Source: Narcine bancroftii
Lineage: Eukaryota
Reading direction: 5' to 3'
Assembly: GCF_036971445.1 (NCBI RefSeq)
Contig: NC_091472.1
Location: 122,822,001-122,886,000 of the forward strand
Length of the DNA: 64,000 nucleotides
Shown here: positions 1-12,650 of the stretch, piece by piece
How positions within the stretch are numbered: the stretch's first letter is position 1
Layout: every line of letters begins with the position of its first letter
Notes under the pieces: generated by a model
Database searches by the model: none
Told to the model about the DNA's origin: nothing
What the model saw: the letters and a program-made list of their open reading frames with translations, nothing else
Program-made: the position numbers and the translations under genes

Positions 1-14
1 ATCCCGAAGGGTGC

Positions 15-310
15 TCACTGTTGTAATACAGGAAACACAGCAACCGATTCACTTATGTTCATAAACAGCCAAGTGTCAATGACCAAATCGATTTTGTTAC
101 TTTCAGTGAGGATTAAGTTTAAACTGGAGGGTTCAGGTTCTCTCCTCTGTCCTTCAAAACAATTGCACAAAATCCACTTGAGAGAACAGTTAGGGCTTGG
201 GTTAGACATCCCAACCACAAACCAACTCAAATGTACCTATCTTTATTTGATGTGCTAAAGCCTCAGGAGTGGACCATGAACTCAAAACCATCTGCTCATG
301 ACACAGGAGT
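15..310 (-). mobile_element. Ancient Deu-domain-like SINE remnant downstream of the SLC7A4 stop
   Basis: Degenerate resemblance to a recalled shark DeuSINE/SacSINE consensus (CACTGTTGTAAT..GGAAAC, ATCCAC.TGAGAG, GGAGTGG...TGAAC); similar remnants near 9120-9320 and 47310-47410. Confidence 0.4.
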
Positions 311-629
311 TGTTTGGCAGTTTGCCTGAAATGGTTCCATTTGTGACTTCTGATGGTGATGCTCTCCCACTAAAACTAGAATTCATTCACATTTCCTTCT
401 GCTTCACTCCAGGACTCTCTTCAACAACAGCTCCGAATGCAGGTGGATTGAAATGAACAGCTCAGCATCAAATAGTCAGAACCTGGCCTCCAGCAATTCC
501 GGTGATGTGTGGAGCACCTTTGTCCAACTGCTCCTGGGATGGAGGGAGGCCAGGAGGAAAGGGTGATGGTGGTTGTGGGGCGAGTGTTGAGGGAACCTCC
601 CCACAGAGCTGATTGGCTGGTGCTCGCCA

Positions 630-823
630 CTATCTACTCTCCTCTTCCTCAGTCACTACCTCAATGCCGGTGACATCCTGCGACTCTGGCTGCACAGTCT
701 GTACCATCTCCACCAAGCTGCCACTGGGGAGCACAACATAACGGGCAGAGACATTCCGAGGCTTGGGCTCTTTCAGGTTTTCCTTGCTGTGCCATATCCC
801 GTATCCAAAATAAAGAAAAAAAC
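630..823 (-). CDS. SLC7A4: Cationic amino acid transporter 4, last coding exon
   Basis: AAG acceptor; GFFLYFGYGIWHSKE is the conserved YFGYG motif; TAG at 632-630. Total CDS 1953 nt = 650 aa plus stop. Confidence 0.94.
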
Positions 824-1174
824 CTTTCAACAGACAAGACGGCATTAGAAGTTTCCAAGTTCAAGTTGACGCCAGTTCTCTCAACAACAAAACAATCTGC
901 ATTTATATCATGTCTTTGAATAGTAAAATATAACATAGTTTGGAATGATCTCCTGATGACACAAACTGAAAGCGCATCATGCCAGCTCAGTGTTGTCCTC
1001 TCTGTTTGAATCTATTCCACAAAGAGCTACTCTCTGAAATATACTGAATCTGACGAAGCGGACTGCTCTCCAAACCATGGCAGAATGGGGCCAGTCTTTA
1101 GTTTGATTAGATTAGAATTTGATTAGATTATGATTAGATTAGTCTAAGAGTGGACTGCAGCAGAATCATCCAGC

Positions 1175-1535
1175 ATGAAGTGAGGCCATTCAGCCCACAA
1201 GCTCCATGCTGGCCATCAAACACCCATTTACACAAATCCCATCTTAATCCCTTTATCATTCTCCTCACATTCTAATGAACTCCTCCTAGATTCTATCACA
1301 TTCTAGGTCATTTGAAGCAGACCATTAACATTTCAACAGGGAGAATATGCAAACTCCGATAGTCAATTACAGTAGCTACTTCACTTCCTAACCCCTTTGG
1401 AATGTAGGAGAGTGAACCATCAGAAGGGAACCCACCTAGATGCAGGGAGAAGGTGTCAACTCTGCACAGATAGCACTGAAGGTCGGGATCAAACCTGGGT
1501 TGCAGGAGCTGAAAGGCAGCAGTTCTACCTGTAGT
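1175..1535 (-). mobile_element. tRNA-derived SINE (V-SINE/HE1-like), decayed
   Basis: Reverse-complement similarity to the copy at 1760-2075, including the B-box-like head and the GTGTAAATGGGTG tail. Confidence 0.55.
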
Positions 1536-1759
1536 GTCACTATTGCAGTCTTCTCTGCTCCTTCATTCATTGGCTGTAACATATACCATTCCCTTTAATC
1601 AGATGGATTGTTCATTCCTGGGTTATTCTCTGTACTGCCCTGGAGGTTTGCAGAAATCTCCCAGACAGTCTGGCACTATTGGTAATCAAATGCCAGCCAC
1701 AGAATTTAAGTTAAACTATTAACTCTGAAATGAAGAAGTTGCCAATGTGCCTGTGAATT

Positions 1760-2075
1760 GGCATGGTGGAGCAGCGTTTAGTGCTGCTGCTTCAGAGCTC
1801 CAGGAACCTGTATTCAATCCTGACCTCTGATGCTGTCATTGTGGAGTTTGCATATTTTCCCGTTTTCCTCTGGGTGCTCCAGTTTCCTTCAAGATCCCCA
1901 AAATGTGTGGGTTGGTCGGTGAATTGGTCAGTGTAACTTGTCCCTAGTGTGTAGATGAGTGGTAGAATCTGGGGGTAGTTAATGGGATTGTGTGGGGAAT
2001 AAGAAATGGGAGTAGTGAAGGATTAGTGTAAATGGGTGGTTGATGGTCAGTGTAGAGTTGATTGGTCATATCCAT
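1760..2075 (+). mobile_element. tRNA-derived SINE (V-SINE/HE1-like)
   Basis: GGCATGGTGGAGCAGCG A-box-like head, TTCAATCC B-box, GTGGAGTTTGCA...CTGGGTGCTCCAGTTTCC core; related copy at 56400-56710. Confidence 0.7.
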
Positions 2076-2696
2076 GATACTATTAGAGGCAGTTATCCAT
2101 GGCAATAGGTTACTGCTCATATCATACCACTACTGCCCCATTTCTTATAATCTATATTTGTTTTTAAGTCTGGCATGTTCTACCTAGTACAGTGAGAAGT
2201 ATTCATCTGTGAACAGTTTAACACATTTTCTCTAACATCCATATACTGTAGCCTTTTAAAGAGCATAATTTACAGAGTATGTAGTAACAATGAAAATAAA
2301 GATCAATTCGCACCAAGCAAGGGCAGCAAAGCAGCACTGTTGTGGGGTTCATTTTGTTTATGTAGGGAAGAAATGGTCTTGAAGCCTGTTGATGTGTACT
2401 TTCACACTCTTGACCTTCTCAGTGGGAGGAGGGAGCAGAGAGTGTATCCAGGCTGTGATGGGTCCTTCAATAATATTGGCTGCCTTTCCTAGGCAGCAGT
2501 AGATGATAACGTAACTTCATGACATTTCTGTGTACAACTGAGGAGTTGTTGATGAGTTAGGAGTATGACAACAGTAGCCCAGACCCCCTGATCCACAACC
2601 TCCATGAACTAGTCAACAGAAACTAACCGATAGAAAGCAATTGTTCAAACAGAAACTTGAGATAAAGAAGAGAGCTTCAGAGTAAAGTTGTCATAC

Positions 2697-2805
2697 CTAC
2701 AGCTATCCAAATGGAAAATCTCACCCAGGTCATCAAACTCAGCTTTAACATCAGGAACACATTGAGGAAAATACTTACAGCAGGAATTAAGGGTACCAGT
2801 GGGAC
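2697..2805 (-). CDS. SLC7A4: Cationic amino acid transporter 4, coding exon 3
   Basis: Not in the ORF track. CACAG acceptor, then [36 protein letters not shown] (CAT C-terminal domain), donor GTATGA; 109 nt, phase fits both neighbours. Confidence 0.95.
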
Positions 2806-2881
2806 CTGTGAAGATACAAGTTGTCTGATTGGTGATACAACTCATTGTAACTTACATTAAAGTCCCTTCCCCAGAAGAACT

Positions 2882-3120
2882 GGGGTGGCACGTTTAGAGT
2901 AGCAGTTAGTGCAAAGCTACAACAAGCTACCCATGTTCCAATCCAATGCTGTCTGTAAGGAGTTCTCCCTGTTTCACCATGGATCCGGATGTTCTAGTTT
3001 CTTCCCACTCTTCAAAATGTACAAGGGTTGTAAGTTGATTGGGGTATTTGGACGCCAAGGGCTCGTGGGCCAAAAAGGCCAGTTACTGTGCTGTATGTCC
3101 AAATTTAAAAAAATTAATCT
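2882..3120 (+). mobile_element. tRNA-derived SINE, second family
   Basis: Same family as 62648-62905 (+), 23185-23400 (-) and 8575-8805 (-): GCTGTCTGTAAGG core and TGCTGTATGTC.AAATTTAAAA tail. Confidence 0.65.
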
Positions 3121-3347
3121 AAATTTTTACTGATACAAAGGGGCAGAGCATCAACAATTAACATTGTTTAGTTCAGAGAGGGAAAAGAGCCTGAAGGATA
3201 AGTTCAATTAAGCAGGGATTCTGGAGATTGAGAAAAGAATCCACAGTTGGGGTGCGGACACCCTGCCCAATGAGCTGGAAGTGATGGACAAGGGTACAAT
3301 ATTCTGTAGAGCTCTGAAAGTGGAACAGAGGGAAATGGAGCCAGACC

Positions 3348-3394
3348 TCTGCTGAGGACTGATCTGCTGAGGACTGATCTGCTGAGGACTGATC
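3348..3394. repeat. 15-bp tandem repeat x3 (TCTGCTGAGGACTGA)
   Basis: Three exact copies at 3348, 3363 and 3378, within a probable unclassified interspersed repeat (about 3170-3790). Confidence 0.9.
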
Positions 3395-4559
3395 AGAAAG
3401 GGTAAGATCAGGAGAGTAGGGCAAAGAGTGGAGATGAGTGGTCAGAGGAAAGTGCATGGGGTGATGGGTCCAAAGGAGTATTTTGAGTTCAAAAGCTGTT
3501 GGACTTTGCAACTGCTGGTGTTTGAGAGGAAGTACTTTTGCTGTTAAAACACTTCATGTGATTCAGGATAAAGAGCAACTATGGAGCAGGAGAGTCCTGA
3601 GATAGAGTCCATGCTGTTGCAAAGAGAGGTCAAGAACGTACTTGTGCTGATGCCTGGCACAATGTGAAGTCGCTTTGTGAGAAAGGCAGTGATTCAAGAA
3701 GCTTCCACACCCTGTGATCCTAGGGATCTTAGGTGGATCCAAACCATGGTGGGCAAGATTTCATTTGGAACCTATGCAGAAGAATTGATTAATTGTTCAA
3801 AATATATGGGATTGTAGGTTAATTGGATGCGATTGGACAGCATGGGTCTCAAAGGGTGGAATTGGCTTCTTTCACGTTGTAAATAAAATTTAAATTTAAA
3901 AAGTCAGGGTCATGTTGTGGGTGCTCAGTGAGGCAGTGTGCTTATAGTGAGAGGCTTTCTCCAGCAATAGAAAGAGGCTACATAGCATACAGACGAGTTC
4001 ATCTACGTTGTCAGTTTCTCTCACGGTGTCAGTTCCTCTTAGCACCAAGGGTTATTGTTGCCATCTCAAGCAAACCTCAAACACCCAGGGATAGATCTAA
4101 CATTTTAAAACTACTTTCTCCTAACCTTTGATTAATTAATCATTTAATATCTGTGTGTACTTCTGGGCTCAAACCAAGAAGCCTTTCACCCCACTTTTTA
4201 AGCAGTGTTTAAAGAAGTATTCTCACTCCATTGCCTTCTCTTCCAAATAAAATTGTGCCTTCTGTTCACAAACTGCCACTTTTAACTTGGAATGATAATT
4301 AAAATTTCCCTTCATAGGGTCACAGAGCACAGAAACAGGCCCTTCAGCCCACCTTGTACATGACAACCCTTTTGCCCATTAACCAATTCCATTTGCCCTC
4401 ATTAGTTCCATATCCTTCAATGCCTTGTCAATTTAAATTTATGTCTAAATACCTCTTAAACCTTGTAATTGTAGCTAATTCCACCTCTTCCTCTTCTGAA
4501 AAAGAACACACTGTTCAAAGTGCTTTGTTCAATAAAATAGCATCCCAATTACTTGAGTA

Positions 4560-5660
4560 GGTAGGAATTATTGATCTGCAAGGTACAGATGCATGGGATC
4601 CATGGTGAATTGATAGTCTGCATTCATAATTGACTGACCCATTGGTAGTGGAAAGGTGTTATTCTGGTTGGAGGCCCATGACCCAAGATATTCCACAGGG
4701 ATTGGCGTCGGGACTCCAGTTGTTTGTGATAATATACAAGTGATTTTGATTTTAAAAAGTAGGTGGGTATGTTATAAAGTTTACAGATAACACTAAGATT
4801 GGTGGAGCTATGGACAATGTAGAGGTCAATGAAAGAATACAGATGGTCCTATATCAATCTCAGATTTGGGCAGAGAAATGGCAGGTGAAGTTTAATTTGG
4901 ACAAGTGTGAGGTATTGCATTTTGGGAGGTCAAATGTAAGAAGAACATGGCAGGACTTAAAAACAGTGATGTGAAGAAGGATCTGGGGGTTCAGGGCCAT
5001 AGATCCTTGAAAGCACCCATACAAGTTATAGGGTGGGCAAGAAAGTATATGGTATGCTTTCCTTCTTTGGCCAGGGCATTGATTACAAAAGTAAGGAAAT
5101 TTTGTAGTAGCTATATAAACTACAGTTATGCTACACACAGTACAGTATTTAATCCTGGAGGCTTTCAAAAGGGGACGGAAGAGATTTACCAGGATGCCAC
5201 CTAGATTAGAGGATATGAGCTATTACGAGAAGTTGAACAAATGGGTTGTTTTCCCTGGAGCATCGAAGGCTGAGGGGAGACCTGACAGAAGTTTAATCAA
5301 CATGTGTTTAAAGGAGACATGTGGGGTAGTTTTCTTTAAACATGGTGGTAGGTATTTAACCAGAAAATTGGCAGATTCTAGCGTCTAGTGCAATGCACAA
5401 AAGGAGCTGCCTCCTGCATCCGAGATGAGCTTGTCAACTTTTTTTATCCACATCACTGCCATTCTGTCAGAGTGATGCGCCTGCAATGGGCTGACAGGAT
5501 AATGTTGAAAGCAAATACAATAGTTGCATTGAGCAGGCAACTAGATAGGCACCTGAATAAGCAGGGATCTTGTGCAACAGCAAAATTTTAGTTTAACTTG
5601 GGCATCATATTTAGCGTAGACATCATGGGCTAAAGGTCTTGTTCCTGTGCTGTGTTGTAC
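4560..5660 (+). mobile_element. CR1 LINE 3' fragment
   Basis: Degenerate RT C-terminus (W.EKWQVKFN.DKCEVLHFG, DLGV, RFTRM) plus a CR1-type 3' tail; small Penelope-like patch near 5395-5450. Confidence 0.8.
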
Positions 5661-5826
5661 TTCCTGCTAAGTGTAGTTATAGAGTACCATTTCAGCTCAG
5701 AACTTGTGGTATTTTCTGTTATGATCAATTACCGACAGTAATAATTCAGGCCATTATGTGGTGCCATGCAAAACAATGTCTGAGCTGAAGGAGCATTTCC
5801 TGAAGATCAGCTTGCAAAGCACTTAC

Positions 5827-6494
5827 CTGAAAGGTATTCAGCTTCTGATGTTGCTCATGAATCCATATGAGGAACAAACTGACAAGATAACCAATGGCAA
5901 AGAGAGTGACAAATAAAATGAAAGCCCACTGTGGAAGATGGAGGTAACTGCTACCATATATCAATGTGGAGCTCAGGCAGATGGAACAGGCAACTAGAGT
6001 GACAACTGCCACTGTCACGAGCTCTCCTGGTGCAAAACAGCCCAGGAAGTGTAAATGAGGCTCAAAAGAGGACTTAATTTGCCCTGGTTCCCTCTTCTCT
6101 TTGGTTGACTTTTGCTTCTCCACCAGCTGAAGCTTATCTGAAAATGACTCATATTCTTTTAGCCCCCCACTCTCCTGGGGTTGGGGGCTCTGAGTGGAGG
6201 TCGGCAGCTCAGAAGCCTCGGCTTTTCCCATCCGGTATCGTAGCACAATGACACTGGCAGCAACAAAGGTATAAGCAAGCAGTGTTCCAATGGACAGGAA
6301 CTGCACCAGAGCTTCCAGGTCAAACACCAGTGCCATGACGGCCATCAGGATTCCGAAGACCACGATGCCAATCACAGGGACCTTGGTCCTTGAGTTCACC
6401 TGGGAAAATATCTTGAAGAGCAGCCCATCCTCAGACATGGCATATGCAATCCGTGGGAGGGAGAAGAGGTTGCTGAGAAGAACCGTGTTCATTG
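5827..6494 (-). CDS. SLC7A4: Cationic amino acid transporter 4, coding exon 2
   Basis: Pyrimidine tract plus AAG acceptor (AG at 6496-6495); G|CA restores GSICAMNTVLLS as in CAT4; PRIAYAMSEDGLLF and FLSIGTLLAYTFVA motifs; donor GTAAGT at 5826; 668 nt. Confidence 0.96.
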
Positions 6495-7413
6495 CTTGAG
6501 AGGAGGAAAAAAAAGGGGATTGAGGATGTTCAAGAGATGGGATTCATTTTTCTTGCATAATGGTTTCTGAATATTGATTATCTATGTTCCGTACATATTA
6601 TCTATTTTGAATTTAATTGAAGTATTTTTTAATGAAGCACCTGTTCAATTGCAGCAAGTAAAAATTTCAGTGCATACTGAATGTACATTGTGTGATGTAT
6701 ATGACAAAAAACTCATTACCTGTATCAAAATCACCGTAGACCAGATCATCCACAATCTCCCCTCAATCTCACATTGATCTCATTGGCTCAGTTTAAAAGG
6801 AGTTAAACTAGGGCTGAAATGTTGGTTACCTTTTCCTTCCTATGGATGCTGTGTGATGAGTCTCCAGCAGGTTTGTCTATTGCACTCAGGTTGAAAGGAA
6901 TTTTGATCGATCACTGGATTAGAAGGGTTTAGAAGGATATGAGCAAATGCAGGCAAATGGGGCCAGATACCAACTTGGACGGCATAGATAAATTGGGCCG
7001 AAGGACCTGTTCTGTGCAGTATGGTTCTATGGGTCTATCTGGGATATTCACCATCACATTTAGCTTTCACAGTTATATGACTGGTCTACCAGGTGCAGTG
7101 TTCTGTAAGTAGCAACCAACTTAGACCCACCCTGATGGTCTTTCTACACCTCATATCAGAGCACCTTTTCCAGTGTCTGTCTCTGAAAGTTATGATACTT
7201 TTATCTTTCTTTTTAAATGATTTTTAAAAATATAATCTAATAATAATGTCTAAAAAAGTTGCTTTTGCTCCATACCCACTGATCACTCTGTAGCTCTGCA
7301 CTTCATCTTACATGTTGTACTATGCTTCAATGTCTCCTGTTCTGCTTACAAAACCTCTATCTCTGCATCTTTGAAACACGTGACAATAAACTTGAAAGGT
7401 CTCCCACTCTTAC

Positions 7414-8395
7414 CACAGATGGATCCCACAGCAACGATGAATCCAGCCCAGGCATATCCTCGCCTGTAAAAGGCATCTGAGAGGGCGGAGTCTGGGTTCA
7501 GGGAGTGCCAGGGAACCATCAGGGTGAGCACCGTGGACACCAAAGTGTAGGCAACGGTGGCCAGGGCCAGGGAGATCGCTGTTGCTATGGGGACAGACTT
7601 CTGGGGATCACGAGCTTCTTCGCTGGAGGCCGCTATGACATCAAACCCTACAAAGGCGAAGAAGCAGGTTGCCGTGCCAGCCAAGATACCCGAAAATCCA
7701 AAAGGGGCAAAGCCACCCTCCTTGGCACTGTAGTTCGTTGGATCAGCCAAAATGAAGCCAAATATCAGGATGAAGAGAATCACTCCCAAACTGATTGCAG
7801 CAAATACATGGTTCAACCAAGAGGACACTTTAGCCCCACAGGTGATAAATGCGGTGGCAACCAACAATATCCCTGCAGCTAACAAATCTGGGTTGTGGGA
7901 CACGAAGGGTATGCTCCAAGTGATGATGTATGTTTCGGTGAAATTCTGTATCTTGTGGTTGAAAATGGAATCCAGGTAGCCACTCCAGGCACGAGCCACA
8001 GCAGCGCCACCAATCATGTATTCCAGAATGATGTTCCAGCCAATCATGAAGGCCCAGATTTCTCCAACGGAGACATAAGTGAACATGTAGGCCGACCCAG
8101 TCTTTGGAATGCGGGATCCAAATTCCGCATAGCAGAAAGCAGCCAGTAGAGAAGCGAAGCCCGCAAATATGAAGGAAATGATGACAGCAGGACCAGCAAT
8201 ATCTTTTGCAACTGTGCCTGTAAGGACGTAGAGACCGGAACCAACCATTCCACCAATGCCAAGCATGGTCAAGTCCAGAGTAGACAGGCACCTATTCAGG
8301 GCGGTCTCCATCATATTGTCCTCCAAGGTTTTCACTCTGTTTAGCTTTTGGCAGAACCGAGCCAGAGAATTTCCACTGAACAACCTGCTCACCAT
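7414..8395 (-). CDS. SLC7A4: Cationic amino acid transporter 4, coding exon 1
   Basis: ATG at 8395; LNRVKTLE...LNRCLSTLDLTMLGIGGMVGSGLYVLTG...AGPAV...CYAEFG is the CAT/APC family N-terminus; donor GTAAG starts at 7413; 982 nt, phase 1. Confidence 0.96.
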
Positions 8396-8550
8396 CGTTG
8401 CTCACTAACTGTGTCCCAGATACTCTGGTTAAAACTGAAGGTTTATTTACAGAAGAGATGGAGAGTTTGCCTATCTGCAGTTCATCTTGGTATCCAGTTC
8501 ATCAGAGAACATCTCATCCCAAGAAGAAGAGTAGTTGTCAGACCTGTGAA
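8396..8550 (-). other. SLC7A4: 5' UTR part of the SLC7A4 start-codon exon
   Basis: TTTTTTCCTTTAG acceptor ending at 8551, with an alternative CAG 7 nt downstream; implies an upstream non-coding exon. Confidence 0.7.
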
Positions 8551-8574
8551 CTAAAGGAAAAAAACAATCTTTAA

Positions 8575-8805
8575 TTTCTAGACATGACATGGTAGCAAGC
8601 CCTTCTTGGCCATGAGTCCATACCACCTATAAAAACCTATATGACTAATTAACCAATAAGCCCCATACATCTTTGGAACATGGCAGGGAACTTGAGCACC
8701 TGAAGAAAATCCAAGCAGACATGGGGAGAATGTACAAGTTCCTTATGACAGTAGCTTATTCAACCCTGGGTTACTGGCACTGTAATACCATTGCACTAAC
8801 TGATA
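8575..8805 (-). mobile_element. tRNA-derived SINE
   Basis: Reverse complement of the 2882/62648 family. Confidence 0.6.
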
Positions 8806-10008
8806 TATTAATTCTGCCATCCATAAACCTTGTAATCATATTCCTCCTCAACAGCCTTAAACTCTCCTTCCATTTTCATTTTATATCTAACCCTCCCCCC
8901 CCCACCCCCATCCAAGTGGTCTCTTCCCCAGCTTTTCTCTCCATCTCTCCCACCTTCCTCTGCCCAGCACCCTATTACCTCTGAGCTCTTCCCCTTTACA
9001 TACTTGAAATCTCCCTTTTGCACTTTCACCTGAAATGCTGACTAACGATATCTCTCTTGGATGCTGCCTGATCTGCTTCTCTTTGTTCACTCAAGAAAAC
9101 AAACCAATCAACTGGCAATCACTCTCTTTCAAGCAACCTAGAATCAATATTGAAGAACGGATTCAATAAGGCTTTCTTAGAATTATCTAATTTTTTTTAT
9201 GTCTTGTTATCAGGACTTTATTTCTAAGCAAGCATTTTAGATTCAAATTGGTGGCTTACATCATGTTTACATTCAGACTATGTTCGTTTTCACGTAATGT
9301 TCATACACCACTTGTGAGTTCTGAGCAGCTCCACAGCCACCAGCCACGTTTAACTGGATATTATTTGTGCTTGTATCTACTGCAAGGGCAAACTTAAGAA
9401 TTAAAGAATCAGGAGCAGGATTAGTTACAGGGGGCCCCTTGTGTCTGCTTTGCCATTCAGTGAAGTTGCTCGACCTGCTGAGTTGCTCCAACAGATCGTA
9501 GCAATGTTAAAAATGATGTACTAACTGCAGTTGGAATCCTCTAACTCAAAGTTTTATTAAATGACTAGGATTAGGAGGAGGCCATTCAGCCCATTGAGCT
9601 TGCTTTGCTGTTAAGATTATGGATGAGATCTCACTTCCCACCCTATCGTCATGACTTGAAAGTCTTTGCTTCCAAAGACATTGATCTGCATTGAATATAC
9701 TCAAAAGAAAAACGAATATCCACAGCATCTGGGAGTAGGGAATTTCAATAATTCACAAGCCTGAGGGAAAACATTACTTCTCACTCCTAAATAACTGCCT
9801 TTTACCCCCAAGACTCTGCCACTTAATTTTAATCTGATCATGATCTTACTGTCATAAACATGTACAATCCACATATGCACTGAAATTCCTACTTTCTGCA
9901 GCCAAACAGGTACTTTTGTTTAAAAATAAATTACCAGAAGATAGTGTCAACACCTCCGTATAAGTTGTGCCTTATTCTGCCATAGAATTCTATTCATTAT
10001 TTCCTCAT

Positions 10009-10240
10009 TGTAGAGCGCATCGAAAGAATCAAAGACTTGTTGATCCAAACCAAGGCTTTTATTAACTAAAAGACTGGAGCATATCACATGTAGGTCGACC
10101 AGTCCAAAATGACCTGGTCTGGCAAGGAGCAATCCTTTTAAGACCTGCCAGTAGGTGTGACTACACTCTCAGCCAATCACAGTCATCCTACACTACCATC
10201 TGCATATATACACATTGGTGATAGAATCTGTACTATCACA
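10009..10240 (-). mobile_element. Solo LTR (Gypsy-like), 232 bp
   Basis: TG...CA termini, perfect 5-bp TSD CTCAT (10004-10008 and 10241-10245), minus-strand AATAAA; similar layout to the LTR at 41005-41240. Confidence 0.85.
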
Positions 10241-11319
10241 CTCATGTTACAGTTCTGTCAACCCAAGGATCAATCCAATGAATCCTTGTTGGATTCCCTT
10301 TACGGCAACAATATCCTTCTTGTGCTCAGGCAGTAAAACTATGCCTTTGGTCAGCAAGGACAATTTGGGCTGAAGGACCTTTCTGTTTGCAAAACTGTGC
10401 GTCTATTTCTCCAGCAGTGATCTCACAAGAAAAATGCAGTGAGAAGTAGGTTCATGGTATTATAGTAAATATACATCAGGCCTGTATTGATCAAAACAAA
10501 ATAGTTCCACTTCCCTGCACTGGTTCCATTGTCATACACATCAGACCAATCAATTGTTCATATTTATTTTCTCTGCCATCCTAGCAGTGAGTTCCAGACT
10601 CCCACAACCCTGGGTAATAAAGATCTCTACATCCCAACTCTAATCCTTCAATCTTTATGCTAAATCTGTGCCACCCAGCCCTGATGAACTGCTCAGGCCT
10701 AACACAATGACTGCCTGTTGCTTTCCGTGGACGCTGCATGACCTGCAGTGTTCCTCCAGCATTTTGCTGTATTGTTCCAGTTCTCCAGCAATTTGTAACC
10801 TTGTTTACCACTGCTTCCTGGGATTTTCTTAACCTCTTTGCTATGGGAAACATTCTTCTGTCTAGATTCAAAATTCAATGCATTGTCCTGGACACAAAAT
10901 ACACAAAAATTGTTTCCAGCGCCATTACTGAAACAAGAAAGAAGCAAAAGAAAGTCTCTTCAGAGACATCAAGCGGCCGTGGACCCCAAAGTATAGGAAT
11001 GGAATGATTTAAAATAAATTAAACCCCCCCCCCAAAAAAAAACTCTGGTATCCTTGTTACTCACTAATCAAGTCAAACAAAGAAAAAGCTTTATGCTCCT
11101 AACATTGGAAATTTTTCAACCATTATAACTTTCCTTCTTATTCATTCATTGTTTGGAATCTGAATATCATTGTGAATGCCAATATTTATTGCCTTCCCAT
11201 CACAGTGATTCTTGATGGAAACCTGCCTTCATGTCATTCTGCTGAAGGAAGTCTCACAGTAAGGGAATTCCACTGATTCTGAAGGAACAGAGATTTATTT
11301 AAAATTGTCATTAAATACA

Positions 11320-12650
11320 GGTGAGGTGTCAAAGTACTGGAGGATGGAAAATATTGTCGCTCTATTCATGGGCTGCAGAGAAATGCCTGAAATTACAGGC
11401 CAGTGAGCCTAACATTTGTGGTTGGTATGTTACTAGAGAGTATTCTAAGGGAGAAGATTACATGCACTTGGATGGACAAGGACAAAGGCTGATTGGGGAT
11501 AGTCAGCAGATTCTTTAAGTGGTAGGACATGTCTCACAGATCTGATTGAGTGTTTTGAAGATGTCACCGAGAAGGTTGAAGAGGATAGAGATATATATGT
11601 TGTATATATGGATTTCAGCAAGGCCTTCAATAAGGTTAAAACAGTAGGCTGCTCTGGAAGGCTAGCTCACATAAGGGAGAGAGAGAGAGCAGTCTGGATA
11701 GGAAATTGGCTTCATGGAAGGAGAAGGATAATGGTGGAAGTTTCTTTTTACAGACTGGAGGTCTGCGACATGGCGATATAAATGAAAACATACATGATAT
11801 GATTAACAAGTTTGTGGATGACACCAAAGTGATATCCAAAGATTGCAAGAGGATCTTGATCAGTTTGCCAGGGGGGCAGAGGAATGGTTGATAAATTTTA
11901 ATACAGAGAAATGTGAAGTGTTACATTTTGGGAGGTCTAACATGGGTAGGACCTACACAGGGAATGGTAGGAATCTGGGGAGTGATGCAGAGCAGAGGGA
12001 TCTCAGACTATAGATATATGGTACATATATGGCATCACAGGTAGATAGGGTGGCCAAAAAGGCTTTTGTCACATTGGCCTTCATCAACCAGAGTATTTAT
12101 AGTGTATAGAAGCTGGGAGATCAGGTTGCAGCTGTATAAGACATTGGCGAAGTCCCATTTGGAGTATTGTGTTCAGTTTAGGTCACTGTATTTGCAGAAA
12201 AGATGTTATCAAACTGGAGAGAGTACAAAGAAGATTGACAAGGATGTTGCCAGGACTCAGGGGCCTGAGCTATATAGGTAGTGGTTGAGCAGGCTAGAGC
12301 TTTATTCCTTGGAGCTCAGGAGGATGAGGGGTGATCACCTAGAGGTATACAAAATCATGAGAGGAGTAGATTGGTGAATGTCCAGGGTAGGGGAATTGGT
12401 AACCAGAGCATAGATTTAATGTGAGGGATGGAGAGATTTAACAGGAACCTGAGGGGTGTCTTTTTTTCAATCACAGAGGGTGATAAGTGTATGGAAAGAG
12501 CTGGTGGAGGAGATAGTTGAGGCAGGTGCTATCACAATGCATGGCTACATGGATAGGATAGGTTTAGAGGCAGGTGGGACTAGTGTGGGTGGGTCATTTT
12601 ATTTGGCGTGGGCAACTTGCCTATTTTCATATTGTATGACTCTTATGTTC
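11320..12650 (+). mobile_element. CR1 LINE 3' portion, internally deleted
   Basis: NYRPVSL, YMDFSKAF, KFVDDTK and LEYCVQF motifs across frameshifted pieces. Confidence 0.85.

Noticed and set aside
421-630. ORF overlapping the SLC7A4 stop codon
   Set aside because: GTG start in a different frame within the 3' UTR; no readthrough or frameshift signal and no recognisable product.
7505-8291. Antisense and alternative-frame ORFs over SLC7A4 coding exon 1
   Set aside because: Shadow ORFs of a real coding exon.
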